A stretch of DNA of 64,000 bases from Nitrospirota bacterium (GCA_963749655.1 CAVVOB010000013.1:128001-192000), one strand, 5' to 3'. Numbered from the stretch's first letter, positions 50,152 through 60,275 are shown. Translations and numbers: made by a program. Notes: a model not told the origin generated them from the letters alone.

Positions 50152-50946
50152 TCATTTGTTTGCGGATCCCCGGCCGGGAAACTTACTGACTTTGATGTTG
50201 ATCGCAGACGTGCTTAGCCCCGTCGACACGTTCACTGCCGCTGCTTCTCTTTCACCATAGGCGCCGATCATCTCGCCGGCGGAAGGCGGGCCGCCGCCGT
50301 AAACACTCCTCGACTTCAGGTAATAGCTTCCGCCCTTGTGGACCCTCAAAATATACCTTCCGTCCTTGCTCGTTCGCTCAGAGGCAAAAACGGGCTTCCC
50401 CGACATCGCGGGCGACGTATAGGCGAATACCAGGGCGTTTTCGACGGGTTTTCCCTGCGGATCAATGACCGTCCCCTCGATTGCGGTGATTTCGCCGGGC
50501 TCCGTCGCAGCTTTTTTGAAGGGGACCGCCCCGGAGATCACCCCGATATCGATCATTTCTCCCTGTATTACGCGATAGACCAGGGGTGAACCTTTTTCGT
50601 CCGCGCTGGCAAAAAAATAATCGCCTTCCTTCGGCGGGCCTGTCTTCTCACCCGATGTTCTTTTTATCGCTCCCGCAAAGTATTTGCCCTCAGGGAGAGC
50701 GATCGAAAACCAACCCTCGTCATTGATCGGGGCCACATAGTCCGGGATCCTCCAGTATTTGTCCCGGGATGGCGGAGGACCGGAGGCCTCGCTGAAGAAA
50801 AATATCTGCCCCCCGGACATCGGGCCGCCGCCCTTCAGCATCAGACGTCCGGTTACCGCGCCTGTTTTGCCCTCCGGGACTGCCGTGGTGACGATGCAAA
50901 GGGAACCTGCAAAAAAGAAGAGGACCGGAAGAAAGGAATGTTTCAT
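50152..50946 (-). CDS. Exported protein with two carboxypeptidase-regulatory-like (prealbumin-like) beta domains
   Basis: AAGGAG RBS and signal peptide. Two repeats of G.V....G.P..A..F...G.Y.L...G.YY...GPP..G. Confidence 0.8.
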   Translation of the reverse strand: MKHSFLPVLFFFAGSLCIVTTAVPEGKTGAVTGRLMLKGGGPMSGGQIFFFSEASGPPPSRDKYWRIPDYVAPINDEGWFSIALPEGKYFAGAIKRTSGEKTGPPKEGDYFFASADEKGSPLVYRVIQGEMIDIGVISGAVPFKKAATEPGEITAIEGTVIDPQGKPVENALVFAYTSPAMSGKPVFASERTSKDGRYILRVHKGGSYYLKSRSVYGGGPPSAGEMIGAYGEREAAAVNVSTGLSTSAINIKVSKFPGRGSANK

Positions 50947-51010
50947 AAAGGATGCTCCTTTCCTTGCCGGTGTCGCATGCGTCGGAACAGTCGCGGCTGT
51001 CCGCCCGCCG

Positions 51011-54000
51011 TCAGTTTTCACGGGTGTTGTACTGCAGCCGGTATTCCGTATGGTCCACGTCGGACGGATAATTTTCGACTGCCGGGTCATAGGGGTAATT
51101 GGTCATCGCCTTGAACGGGAGCGGCTCGACGGTATGGGGAATATCCACATTTCCTGTTGCCTTGTAATAGCCGTTGGCATAGACCATGTATCTCCTCGCT
51201 TTTTCGACCGGCGGCTGGCTGTCTGCGCTGAAGCTCATTCTGAGCTCCTCGCCGCCGGCAAAAATGACGAACTTGTCGTCAGTCTGCGTCAACAAGGGAG
51301 TTACATCTCCATACTTCGTATAATTGCCGCTGAAATATGACGTGTCCCGGATCACCAGATTGCCGTAGAGGTAGTCGAAAATTTCACCGTCTGTTTTTTG
51401 GCTGAATCCGTAATAACCGAGGGTCGCCGACACCAGCGGCAGTTCCGTGACCGTTACAGCCTCGTCAAGAGTCGTGTCAAAGAATATGGCGTCAACGTAG
51501 ACCTTGTAAAGGAAGCTCAGCCTGAACTTGTATGCCGGCGTGGTAAAGATGTTCGTTATGTCCACAATATATGCATTGCTTCTTTCTTTTGGCGAGAAGA
51601 TCTCCTTCACGGTATAAGGCACCAGCGTCCAGTTCCCGTTCGCGTCAAGGACTTCCAGTCTGGTGAGTTTGCCATTGGGCGCAAGCTGGGTTTTCCGCGC
51701 CATGCCGGCGGACGTTGTGGGAACGACCATCTCGGCGTCGATGATCAGCTTGATCTGCGGCGCTGATGACTGGTCGCCCAGATCGAATTCCAGGGTGTGC
51801 CAGTTGAAATCGATGTTCCTGTCGGTATTCAGGATGAGGTAGTCCTCGTCGGAATCGGCAAGCTGCGCCGAGACATCTTCGCCCGTATTCACATGGGTAA
51901 TGGACAGGGGTCTTTTGAGGGTCTTGTCCACCGTGTGGATCATCTGCGCCGGCTCGGCGTATGTCCCTGCGGTCCTTAATTCCTGATAAATATCCCTGTC
52001 CAGGGGATAATCCACGGCATAGAGTTTCAAGGTGTCGAAGTAGTCGGTCTCGTCCCGCTCTTCCACGATCCTGAGGTTGTAATAGCCGTCCAGTAACTGC
52101 GGTGTGTTCCCGATCAGGTGGTATTCATAGGGATTTGGTTTTCTCCATCCCGCGGCCGTCTTCGTTCCCAGGAATCCGGTCGGGAACGTGTCTGTTTCAA
52201 ACGCAAATGCGGCGCCGTCCCAGGAGTATAACGTCGGGCAGGTGCTGCAGCCATACAGGCAGCACGGATCACCATAGCATCCGTCGTTCACGGTGAACGA
52301 CCAGGATGCGGACCACGGTCCGGTTTCCAGCGTCGCGCTGTTCCGGGCCTGTACACGCCAGTAGTATGCAGCAGGGCCCGGGGACGGGTACCAGTAGAGG
52401 TTTGTCATCCATCCGGAAGATACCACCCCGGAGCTGAATGTCGCATCCGTGCCGTATTGGGCAAGATACTCTACAAATGCTCCCGGTACAGTGCTCCATT
52501 GCAGAACAGAGTCACTGAGCACGGCAGAGCCGTTCACAGGATTCAGCAAGGTAACCGGTGAAGGAACGACGCCGTCCGTCGCCGTGAACGTGTCCGAGGC
52601 AGACCAGGCGGAGGCAGCGTCCTGGGCCCCGGTATGGTTTCCATCCCGTGCTTTGACTCTCCAGTACCATATGGCATTGTTCCCGACCGTGAGAGTATGG
52701 CTCGTTCCTGATATCCAGCCGGAGTTGTAGTTCGGGCTGGAGAAGTCGGATGCGTCGTCAACTTCAACGTAATATTGTACCGGCCCTCCGTCCGAATCTG
52801 TTGCGGCGCTCCACTGGAGGGTAACAGAGCATGATCCGGCACATATCGTGGTCGGCTCGTCAATAAGTACTGGAACGGCCGGCGGAAGCGAGATATAAAA
52901 TGTGTAATTTCCCGATGTGGTTTCATTCCCGGCGCCGCTTTTTGAACGCACCCGGTAATTGTATGTGGAGTGGTTAACCAGGTTTTGGAGCGCAACGCTG
53001 TGGTTAAGGACAAGTGTGCTGTTTCCCGCTGTCGAACCGTAGCTTGAAGTCAGTCCATAATCGACAGAGGAAGTGCTGTAGCTTTTGTTCGTCTGCCAGG
53101 TGATCGTCGCCTGCACGTTGCTTCCGACCGCAGTGAATGAACCCGCTGTAGGGCCGGAGCTTATGGCCGGGATTTCCTGGGCCCATTGTGTAACCGTATT
53201 CCAGCTCTGGTCAGCGGCCTGGTTTTCATGACAGGATACGGCAATGAGGTAGCCGCTGTAATTAGGATCATATCCTTCACCGCCTCCATGACTGCCGGGG
53301 AAGGCCCCCTTGCCTCCGCCATATTCTGCGCCACCGGAGCCTACCATTGAATCGTCAGCATACCAGTTGGGGCCTGAACTCCCGGAGAGCACGGGATTTA
53401 AATTGAAATCAGAGCGGCCCTTGTGTTTATTATCGAAGCAATTGGTGACCATTAAACGCGGTAACCGGGCGTTGTGGGGCGTATGGCATTTCGAGCAGGA
53501 ATAATTGTGCTTGATCGTGCCATTTGCCGTTTTCCATCCCTTGACCGCTTCGTGTATTCTGTCCTTGCTCTTCCAGGTGTGGTTGGTGGCGTTTGTCAGA
53601 TCTTCCCTAAGATGGCATCTGAGGCAGAGCCCGGCAAACTGGCTGTCTGTCTGCGTCACCATGGATATCGCACCCTGACTGATATCAGAAGCGGCCGTGT
53701 TCTGGTCAATATGATAAGCATTGCCGGCATTCACATCGGTAATCGTGCCCGTTTGATCCAGGGAAGGGGCCGCGTCTTCCCTGTACGGGGAGGTTAACCA
53801 CGTGCCTTTCAGAATGGGCACTGCGTAAGCCTTGTCCTCAGCGGCAATGATGTTTGTGTTTGTCGTCACTCCATGAGGATCATGACAGGGAGTACAGAGA
53901 CCTCGGACCGTACCGGCGGGCGTACTCGCCAGGCTCGCCGATGCGCCGAAGTGTCCCCCCTTATTTCCAATGATGGCCTTATAAGGGAACCTTTGTTGTG

Positions 54001-56833
54001 AGCCGAACGTGCCCGTACCGAAAGACTCCGTATCCCAGTATCCCATGATCTTTTGACTGGCTCCGAAGGTGTCGGCGTATCCCCACGGCGTTGATCCTGC
54101 ATTTGCGTTCAGGTGGCAATCAAAGCAGAGGCCCGCCCCCGGATTATAGGAATTCTTTTCTGCTGATGATCCGCCTGCCGACGGTTTGTAGACAGTCGTA
54201 CTCTTCAGTATCCCGCCGTTGGGCGTTTCGCTTGTATAGCTTGATGTTGTACCCTCCACCGTCGAACCATGCGAATTATGACAATCAAAACATGCGACGA
54301 TTTTAGCATTGACGCCGCCCCGTGTCGGATTTAATTCATAATCAACGCCCGAGCTCCATTTGCCGGCGGTTTTCCACGTGCCGTTCACCACGGTCCAGGT
54401 TCCGCCGGCAGCCTGACAGGCGGGTTGCGTGGTGTTGGCGTCCGTGTAATATTCCGTCCAGCAATAAGCCGGGTCGAATTCGTCGCATACCTCCACGGGG
54501 AGGGTACAGTAGCTCGGCCCTGTACATCTATTCTCAGCAATGCCGGTGCATGCTGTTCCGGTCCATGTGCCGCCGAATTGTCCGCATGTCCCTGCTGTGA
54601 AGTCTGCGCAGAAATTTTGTTCGCATGCGCCCTGAGCGATGTTTATACAGGCACCATCCCAGGCGCCGCCGAATTCCGTACAGATCGTTTGTGTAATATT
54701 CGCGCCAAAACATTCATTGGGTGCGTCCGGCCACCCGCCGCCATAATTATTCTGCGCATTGCCGTGAGCTGAATATGCCTTGGTGATGTTCTTCTTGGCC
54801 GCTTTGGCCGTCGTTGTATATTTTCCCCAGCTCGTTGTTCCTGTCTGCAGATACTTTGAACCGATACTGGTTCCGTCCCATGCATACTGTTTCGGGGTTT
54901 TCCCGTCTCCAAAGGGCTGTGTGGCGTTGTTCTGGTCGCTGTGGCAGCCGAGGCAGTGGCTGTTGATCTTCTCAATTTCTGTCCTCGACCCGCTGGCCGT
55001 ATACTGCACCGCTGTCGATCCTTCGGTATATGTTGCCGGTCTTGCGCCGTTTCCGAATATGACGAGGTCAACCGGTGATCCCGACGCAGCGGATCCTCCA
55101 TGAAAGGCGGAATTGATGCTGCCGTCGCTGTTCGCCTCCCAGTGGCACTGGTAACAATGGACGCCGGAAACCGACGCCCCCTGCACGTGGTGGGAATTCC
55201 CGCTGAACTGGGGCTCAATGGCTGGGCGGCTGCCCTGGGCGACGGCATGGCAGCTCAGGCAGGCCGACGCGCCCCACTGCGTTCCGGTGTCCCCATGGCA
55301 GGAGACCGTGCTGCACGTCCCATTTGGCTTTGCGAAGGAGTAGGTGAAGTTCCTGCCCGGTCCGGGCTGAAGATCGTATACATTGTTCACGTGGAGGGCC
55401 GGATCGGTCACTCCCATGCCGTTCGTCGTCGTGGCGTAATGGCAATTATCGCAGGAATAGTTGTGCTTTCCATGGGAGTTCGGTTTGGGAGAACCGCTCG
55501 CATAGTTCGGCGGATATCCGTGGCAGGAATCGCACGATGCAGCGCCGGTGCCCCAGTTCGGTGAGGCGATGGACGGCACGACACCGGTGGCAACCGCTGT
55601 TCCGTCGCTGTGGCAGTATACGGCGATGCAGGTCATGGTCCCGTTCCGCGTCACGGACGTGCCGGCGTTGCCTGCCGTGTAGGAGAAGCCGTTGGCAAGG
55701 GCGCTTCTGCCGTCGTAGCTCCCGCTCTGATAGGCGCTTTTCGCGATCGTGAACCCGATCTGGATCGTCTTGTCATAAATGACCGCGGCCGGCATGCCGT
55801 TCGTATGGCAAGTAGAACAGGAATAGTTGAGCGTTACCGCATGCTTTCCATGGGCGCCCGGTGTCGATGAGCCTGTTCCGCCGTCATTGTTCACGAGGCC
55901 GTTCGTTATACTGCCGTTGTTCGGGGAGGCCACGAGCGGGGGGACCCCATGACACTGTGCGCAGTTCGCCTTGAAGCCGTTGGAGTGCTGGTGGCAGCTC
56001 TCCGTGCAGTTCGTCCCTGCAGCGGCAGGGTGGCCCTGGTCAAGTTTGCTCCCGTCGGCGGTAAAGTATTTCGTCTGGGTGTGGCAGACCTGGCAGATGC
56101 CGTTAATGGCGGTATCCCCGTCGGCAAAGGAGTTCGTTCCCGTGGGAGCGAAGAAGAGCACGGACCTGGTGCCGTTCGCCGTAGTCACGGTATCATTGAT
56201 GAGTTTGCCGTACTTGAGGCCGTAGGAGGTCCCGACGCCTCCGGTGTAGCGGGTGGTCATCCCGGCCTGTTCGGCGCGGACCGTGATCGTGGTCGCGGTG
56301 TTGTCGGCAATCTCGTAGAAAATCGTCGGATAGCCGCTGTTCGGGACGAGGATATGGTTCTTCCACTGTCCCGGGGTCCAGGCCTTGGCGCTGTCCGTCA
56401 AGGTCAAGGATGTAGTGGCCGCCGTCGAGACGCCGCTTTCGATATACCCGCTTGCGAGATAGGCGCGCTGCTGTCGCTGATAGTGCGGGTTGTGGCAGGT
56501 CATACACTCGACAGTCCAGGTGCCGTTATCGTAGGTGCTTCCGGTGTTTGCGGCAGAATGGGTCTTGATGTTGTTGTACTTTTCGTCTATGACGATGGAG
56601 CCCGGGTTGTCGTGGCAGCTTCCGCACAACAGGTTGAGCCTGGTATTGTCTCCGCTCCAGGGGCCGAGCGACCAGTCAGGGGCGCTTGCACTGATGGGGA
56701 CATGGCACAGGGTGCATTCGACGCTTGTTGCAGCCGTATTGTGCGGCGCATCAACGGCAGAGGATTGCTGTACGAAGGGGGCAAGGCTGGTCAGGAGCAG
56801 CAGGGCCGCTAGTTTAGTAAATACGTTCTTCAT
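51011..56833 (-). CDS. Giant multiheme cytochrome c (CxxxxCH/CxxCH type) with FN3/Ig domains and a C-terminal beta domain
   Basis: Signal peptide, 16 CxxCH, 1 CX3CH and 2 CX4CH. Three FN3/Ig-like repeats (YxWRV/YRVR). Confidence 0.93.
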   Translation of the reverse strand: MKNVFTKLAALLLLTSLAPFVQQSSAVDAPHNTAATSVECTLCHVPISASAPDWSLGPWSGDNTRLNLLCGSCHDNPGSIVIDEKYNNIKTHSAANTGSTYDNGTWTVECMTCHNPHYQRQQRAYLASGYIESGVSTAATTSLTLTDSAKAWTPGQWKNHILVPNSGYPTIFYEIADNTATTITVRAEQAGMTTRYTGGVGTSYGLKYGKLINDTVTTANGTRSVLFFAPTGTNSFADGDTAINGICQVCHTQTKYFTADGSKLDQGHPAAAGTNCTESCHQHSNGFKANCAQCHGVPPLVASPNNGSITNGLVNNDGGTGSSTPGAHGKHAVTLNYSCSTCHTNGMPAAVIYDKTIQIGFTIAKSAYQSGSYDGRSALANGFSYTAGNAGTSVTRNGTMTCIAVYCHSDGTAVATGVVPSIASPNWGTGAASCDSCHGYPPNYASGSPKPNSHGKHNYSCDNCHYATTTNGMGVTDPALHVNNVYDLQPGPGRNFTYSFAKPNGTCSTVSCHGDTGTQWGASACLSCHAVAQGSRPAIEPQFSGNSHHVQGASVSGVHCYQCHWEANSDGSINSAFHGGSAASGSPVDLVIFGNGARPATYTEGSTAVQYTASGSRTEIEKINSHCLGCHSDQNNATQPFGDGKTPKQYAWDGTSIGSKYLQTGTTSWGKYTTTAKAAKKNITKAYSAHGNAQNNYGGGWPDAPNECFGANITQTICTEFGGAWDGACINIAQGACEQNFCADFTAGTCGQFGGTWTGTACTGIAENRCTGPSYCTLPVEVCDEFDPAYCWTEYYTDANTTQPACQAAGGTWTVVNGTWKTAGKWSSGVDYELNPTRGGVNAKIVACFDCHNSHGSTVEGTTSSYTSETPNGGILKSTTVYKPSAGGSSAEKNSYNPGAGLCFDCHLNANAGSTPWGYADTFGASQKIMGYWDTESFGTGTFGSQQRFPYKAIIGNKGGHFGASASLASTPAGTVRGLCTPCHDPHGVTTNTNIIAAEDKAYAVPILKGTWLTSPYREDAAPSLDQTGTITDVNAGNAYHIDQNTAASDISQGAISMVTQTDSQFAGLCLRCHLREDLTNATNHTWKSKDRIHEAVKGWKTANGTIKHNYSCSKCHTPHNARLPRLMVTNCFDNKHKGRSDFNLNPVLSGSSGPNWYADDSMVGSGGAEYGGGKGAFPGSHGGGEGYDPNYSGYLIAVSCHENQAADQSWNTVTQWAQEIPAISSGPTAGSFTAVGSNVQATITWQTNKSYSTSSVDYGLTSSYGSTAGNSTLVLNHSVALQNLVNHSTYNYRVRSKSGAGNETTSGNYTFYISLPPAVPVLIDEPTTICAGSCSVTLQWSAATDSDGGPVQYYVEVDDASDFSSPNYNSGWISGTSHTLTVGNNAIWYWRVKARDGNHTGAQDAASAWSASDTFTATDGVVPSPVTLLNPVNGSAVLSDSVLQWSTVPGAFVEYLAQYGTDATFSSGVVSSGWMTNLYWYPSPGPAAYYWRVQARNSATLETGPWSASWSFTVNDGCYGDPCCLYGCSTCPTLYSWDGAAFAFETDTFPTGFLGTKTAAGWRKPNPYEYHLIGNTPQLLDGYYNLRIVEERDETDYFDTLKLYAVDYPLDRDIYQELRTAGTYAEPAQMIHTVDKTLKRPLSITHVNTGEDVSAQLADSDEDYLILNTDRNIDFNWHTLEFDLGDQSSAPQIKLIIDAEMVVPTTSAGMARKTQLAPNGKLTRLEVLDANGNWTLVPYTVKEIFSPKERSNAYIVDITNIFTTPAYKFRLSFLYKVYVDAIFFDTTLDEAVTVTELPLVSATLGYYGFSQKTDGEIFDYLYGNLVIRDTSYFSGNYTKYGDVTPLLTQTDDKFVIFAGGEELRMSFSADSQPPVEKARRYMVYANGYYKATGNVDIPHTVEPLPFKAMTNYPYDPAVENYPSDVDHTEYRLQYNTREN

Positions 56834-56963
56834 GCATTACCCGATGTTGGTTCTGACGCATTGCTACCGGTCTGCTGTATGATGCAAGGCTTTTAGTTCG
56901 GCTGCCCGCTTGTTAAGTTTGTTTACCTATAAATCTGCTCATATAACCGATGGTAATACCTTG

Positions 56964-56979
56964 AGCAATAATCGCACCA
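56964..56979 (-). promoter_or_regulatory. Sigma54 (-24/-12) promoter of the cytochrome operon
   Basis: The minus strand reads TGGTGCGATTATTGCT against consensus TGGCACGNNNNTTGCW. An IHF-like TTTCAATATGTTG lies just upstream. Confidence 0.62.
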
Positions 56980-57311
56980 AATATCCATAGCGCCATATTT
57001 CAATATGTTGTGGAAAAAGTGTTCCCCAAGTAGTGAGTATTTTTGCTCAAAAAATGGTGTTTTCACCGATTTTTTTGGTACTAATGAACTGAATAAATTT
57101 TGAACATTTGTTAATGTAACAATTCGTAATGTACTTTTCCTCCTGGAAAAATCAGCACCAAGAAGGGCCTCTGTAGTCTTTAAAGCATATGTCTGGTCAG
57201 GAGTTCAAGCATTCTCTATGTACTCTCCCCCATCCGTTCGCCGCCATACAAGACGCTTGCAGGACCGATTGTTCCTGTGTTATTGTACCATCACTCATCC
57301 GGGTTACGACC

Positions 57312-57698
57312 ATGCACGACTTCGATATGAAAGAAATGCTCATTGATTATATGGGTCGGGGATTCCTCGATAATATTATCGCGCTGTTCCGCCAGGACCC
57401 ATCAGTATACCGACACGTGGCAGACATGATAGGCCATGACAACATCAGGGTCCGGCTCGGCGCAACGGCCCTTGTGGAAGAGCTGGCAGGCGATCATCGA
57501 AAGGAGCTGAAAGATGCCGTTCCCGGGCTCGTTGCGCTCCTCGGGCATGAAAATCCAACCATACGGGGGGACGCTGTATCGGTGCTCGGCATGATCAGAG
57601 ATGAGAATTCCCTGGAAGCGGTGAAGGGGTGTCTGCTGGACGACCATCCCGGAGTACGGGAGGCGGCCCGGGAGGCGCTGGCTGAGTTCGGACAATAA
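57312..57698 (+). CDS. HEAT-repeat protein
   Basis: RVRLGATAL, IRGDAVSVLG and VREAAREAL repeats. Confidence 0.82.
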   Translation: MHDFDMKEMLIDYMGRGFLDNIIALFRQDPSVYRHVADMIGHDNIRVRLGATALVEELAGDHRKELKDAVPGLVALLGHENPTIRGDAVSVLGMIRDENSLEAVKGCLLDDHPGVREAAREALAEFGQ

Positions 57699-57728
57699 AT
57701 ACAAAAGCGCACGCGGGAGAACCGCATG

Positions 57729-57932
57729 TCAATGGTTCCCGATGAAACCCCATTTCCTGAGGAAGTGCGCGATCAGAATGCCGGACAGGAAGAGGGTGCC
57801 GGTGATGCCGATGAGAGTGAAGAAAAGGTAAAGCATCCTTCGTGACAGCCGCGGTTCCGACGGTTTGATCGAGCGAAAGTAAACGAGGATGCTGAAACCC
57901 AGGCCGAGAATGAAACTGAAGGCTTCGATCAT
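57729..57932 (-). CDS. Small two-TM membrane protein
   Basis: MIEAFSFILGLGF... with two hydrophobic helices. Confidence 0.55.
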   Translation of the reverse strand: MIEAFSFILGLGFSILVYFRSIKPSEPRLSRRMLYLFFTLIGITGTLFLSGILIAHFLRKWGFIGNH

Positions 57933-58126
57933 GCGGAATAGTATCCTAACAGGAGCACAGGTGTCAACCTCGAAGAACATTTCGAATTGCGGCTTACGGA
58001 TTGTGGATTGAGAAATGCAAGTCGCGGACGCGTTTTTTATTTGACAGCTTTTCTCCTCTCCATTAATATTGAGCGTCCTGCGCCGGCCCAAGCGGCCATG
58101 CGCTCACGCCGTAAATCAGGTGCCCG

Positions 58127-58450
58127 ATGAAAGGCGACAAAGAACAGGACGATGAAGAAGGCTGGGAGTTCGGCGATGTCTGGAAACAGGGATCTGCTGA
58201 CGATGCCCCGGCAAGCGAAGTAGAGTATGTCGAGGTCCTGCGGGGCGACACCGGAAGAGGGTTCGATGACTCTCTTATGCTGGACCTCGTGAGCTATCTC
58301 GGTTCGCGCGGCATCCGCGCCACCTATGATTCTTTTTCCCTGGGCATGGAGCCGGCGGCGATCAAATCCTATGTGCTCCGCGTCGAGGCGGGGAACGAAC
58401 GCCTTGCGCTGGAATATCTGGCGGAAAAGTTCAAAGATCCGCGACTGTAG
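58127..58450 (+). CDS. Acidic hypothetical protein (DUF2007-like C-terminus)
   Basis: LVSYLGSRGI...YVLRV....ALEYL pattern. Confidence 0.6.
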   Translation: MKGDKEQDDEEGWEFGDVWKQGSADDAPASEVEYVEVLRGDTGRGFDDSLMLDLVSYLGSRGIRATYDSFSLGMEPAAIKSYVLRVEAGNERLALEYLAEKFKDPRL

Positions 58451-58523
58451 GCGACTCAACGCAGGTCGTCGCGGCTTCTGTTTCAGCCCGGCGTTTGTTT
58501 ATTTTTTATCTAAGGAGAACCGC

Positions 58524-58997
58524 ATGTCCGAAGAAAAGGAAATCAAGGAACTGGACGAAAATCTCGATGTCTACAAATCGAAAATATCGCAGGTAAACAA
58601 AGCGACCCTTACGTGGGACAAGGAACTTATATTCATCGGCCGCACGAACCGGGGGTACGAGGTGGAGTATGATGCCCAGCAGCAGTGGGGGTGCTCTCCC
58701 ACCGAGACCCTGCTCCTGAGCGTCGCGGGATGCATGGCCATCGACATGGTCTCGTTTCTCAAGAAGATGAAGTGCGAAATAAAAGCATACAAGATGGACA
58801 TCATGGGAGAGCGGAATCCCACTCCGCCCCAGTACTACACCTCGATGGAAATGATCATTTCCGTATCAGGAACGGGTCTTACGGCCAAGAAGCTCGAACG
58901 GGCGGTATCGCTGTCCCACGAAAAGTACTGTTCCGTCTACCACACGCTCCGGAAGGACATGAAAATGAAGGTGGACTATACGTTCGAGAACGTATAA
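58524..58997 (+). CDS. OsmC family protein
   Basis: AAGGAG RBS, SPTETLLLSVAGC and SLSHEKYCSV. Confidence 0.9.
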   Translation: MSEEKEIKELDENLDVYKSKISQVNKATLTWDKELIFIGRTNRGYEVEYDAQQQWGCSPTETLLLSVAGCMAIDMVSFLKKMKCEIKAYKMDIMGERNPTPPQYYTSMEMIISVSGTGLTAKKLERAVSLSHEKYCSVYHTLRKDMKMKVDYTFENV

Positions 58998-58999
58998 TT

Positions 59000-59083
59000 T
59001 TGGAATGCGGATTGCGGAATTAACGTTAAAGTGGAATCAGGCTGTACAGCTCATAATCCGAAATTCGAAATCCGAAATCGAAA
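59000..59083. repeat. Inverted heptanucleotide arrays (GGATTGC)n ... (AATCCGA)n
   Basis: Directly visible between osmC and cls. Confidence 0.68.
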
Positions 59084-60232
59084 ATGACCACGGTTCGTCT
59101 CCTCAAGAACGGCAGCGAAACCTTCCCGGCCATGTTCACGGCGATTGATGCGGCATCGTCGAGCGTCGCACTCGAAATGTACATCGTCGCCGATGACGAG
59201 ACCGGACGGGAATTCCGCAGACATCTGGTCGATGCGGCCCGGCGCGGTGTGCATGTCAGGGTCCTCGTGGACTCCTGGGGCTCTTGGAACCTGCCGGATG
59301 CGTTCTGGGATGAACTTCGCGCTGCGGGCGCCCTGATTCGCTGGTTTCATCCACTCGCCAAAGGTCTCTTCCCCTTCCGGAACCACCGCAAACTGCTGCT
59401 GGTCGATAACCATTCCGCCTATGTCGGCGGCCTTAATATTTCCGATGAGTATTATCGAGGCGCCGGGGGTGGCCTGCCCTGGAGGGACAATGCCCTGGAG
59501 ATCAGAGGGCCGGAGGCCGCCGCGCTGCGCCGCTCTTTCCTGCGCATGTGGGCGAAGGCCGAGGCGCCGCTGCGCAAGCTGATCTTCGCCCGACGTCGCG
59601 ATCGGCTGAAGACGAGGCCGGAGTGCGGTCCCGTGCATTTTCTGGAAAGCGGACCGGAGAGTCCGGTCCGCTACGTGCGCCGGGCTTACCGGCAGATGGT
59701 CAAAAACGCCCATTCGACGATCGACCTCTCCATGGGCTATTTTTATCCCCACGGCAGTATGCTCAGGGCGCTCAAGCGGGCCGCGCAGCGGGGGGTGCGT
59801 ATCCGGCTCCTCATGCCGCAGCAGAGCGACATTCCTATCACCCGGTGGGCGGCCCGGGGCCTCTACGGCAGGCTCCTCCGGGCAGGCGTGGAGATCTGGG
59901 AATACACTCCCTCCATGATGCACTCCAAGTTGGCGATCGCCGATGATACGGTGATCGCCGGGTCGGCGAACCTCGACATACGGAGCGGCAGGTTCAATTA
60001 CGAACTGGTCGCTGTCGTGGAAGACCGGGAACTCGCAGCCCGTGCGCGCGCCGACTTCGAGGACGACATAAGGCAGTCCGTCAGGATCGGTATCGAGGAA
60101 TGGGACAATCGGTCGGCATTCCAGAAGCTCAAGGAGAGGTTCAGCTACTGTCTGCTTGCCCGGTTCGATATCTTCATATCCAGTCGGGAGATGCCGAAAC
60201 AGGCAAGGCTGCGGGACTCGGGGAAAGACTGA
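59084..60232 (+). CDS. clsB: Cardiolipin synthase B-like phospholipase D
   Basis: Two HKD motifs (NHRKLLLVD, HSKLAIAD) and no N-terminal TM. Confidence 0.85.
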   Translation: MTTVRLLKNGSETFPAMFTAIDAASSSVALEMYIVADDETGREFRRHLVDAARRGVHVRVLVDSWGSWNLPDAFWDELRAAGALIRWFHPLAKGLFPFRNHRKLLLVDNHSAYVGGLNISDEYYRGAGGGLPWRDNALEIRGPEAAALRRSFLRMWAKAEAPLRKLIFARRRDRLKTRPECGPVHFLESGPESPVRYVRRAYRQMVKNAHSTIDLSMGYFYPHGSMLRALKRAAQRGVRIRLLMPQQSDIPITRWAARGLYGRLLRAGVEIWEYTPSMMHSKLAIADDTVIAGSANLDIRSGRFNYELVAVVEDRELAARARADFEDDIRQSVRIGIEEWDNRSAFQKLKERFSYCLLARFDIFISSREMPKQARLRDSGKD

Positions 60233-60275
60233 AGCATATCGCTTTTGCATGCTGTCAATATGATGGGAGGCCTTC

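Noticed and set aside
56834-56960. Cyclic-dinucleotide (GEMM) riboswitch before the giant cytochrome
   Set aside because: The GNRA-loop/receptor two-hairpin consensus (GGCAAACC...GAAA...GACGCAAA) was not found on the minus strand.
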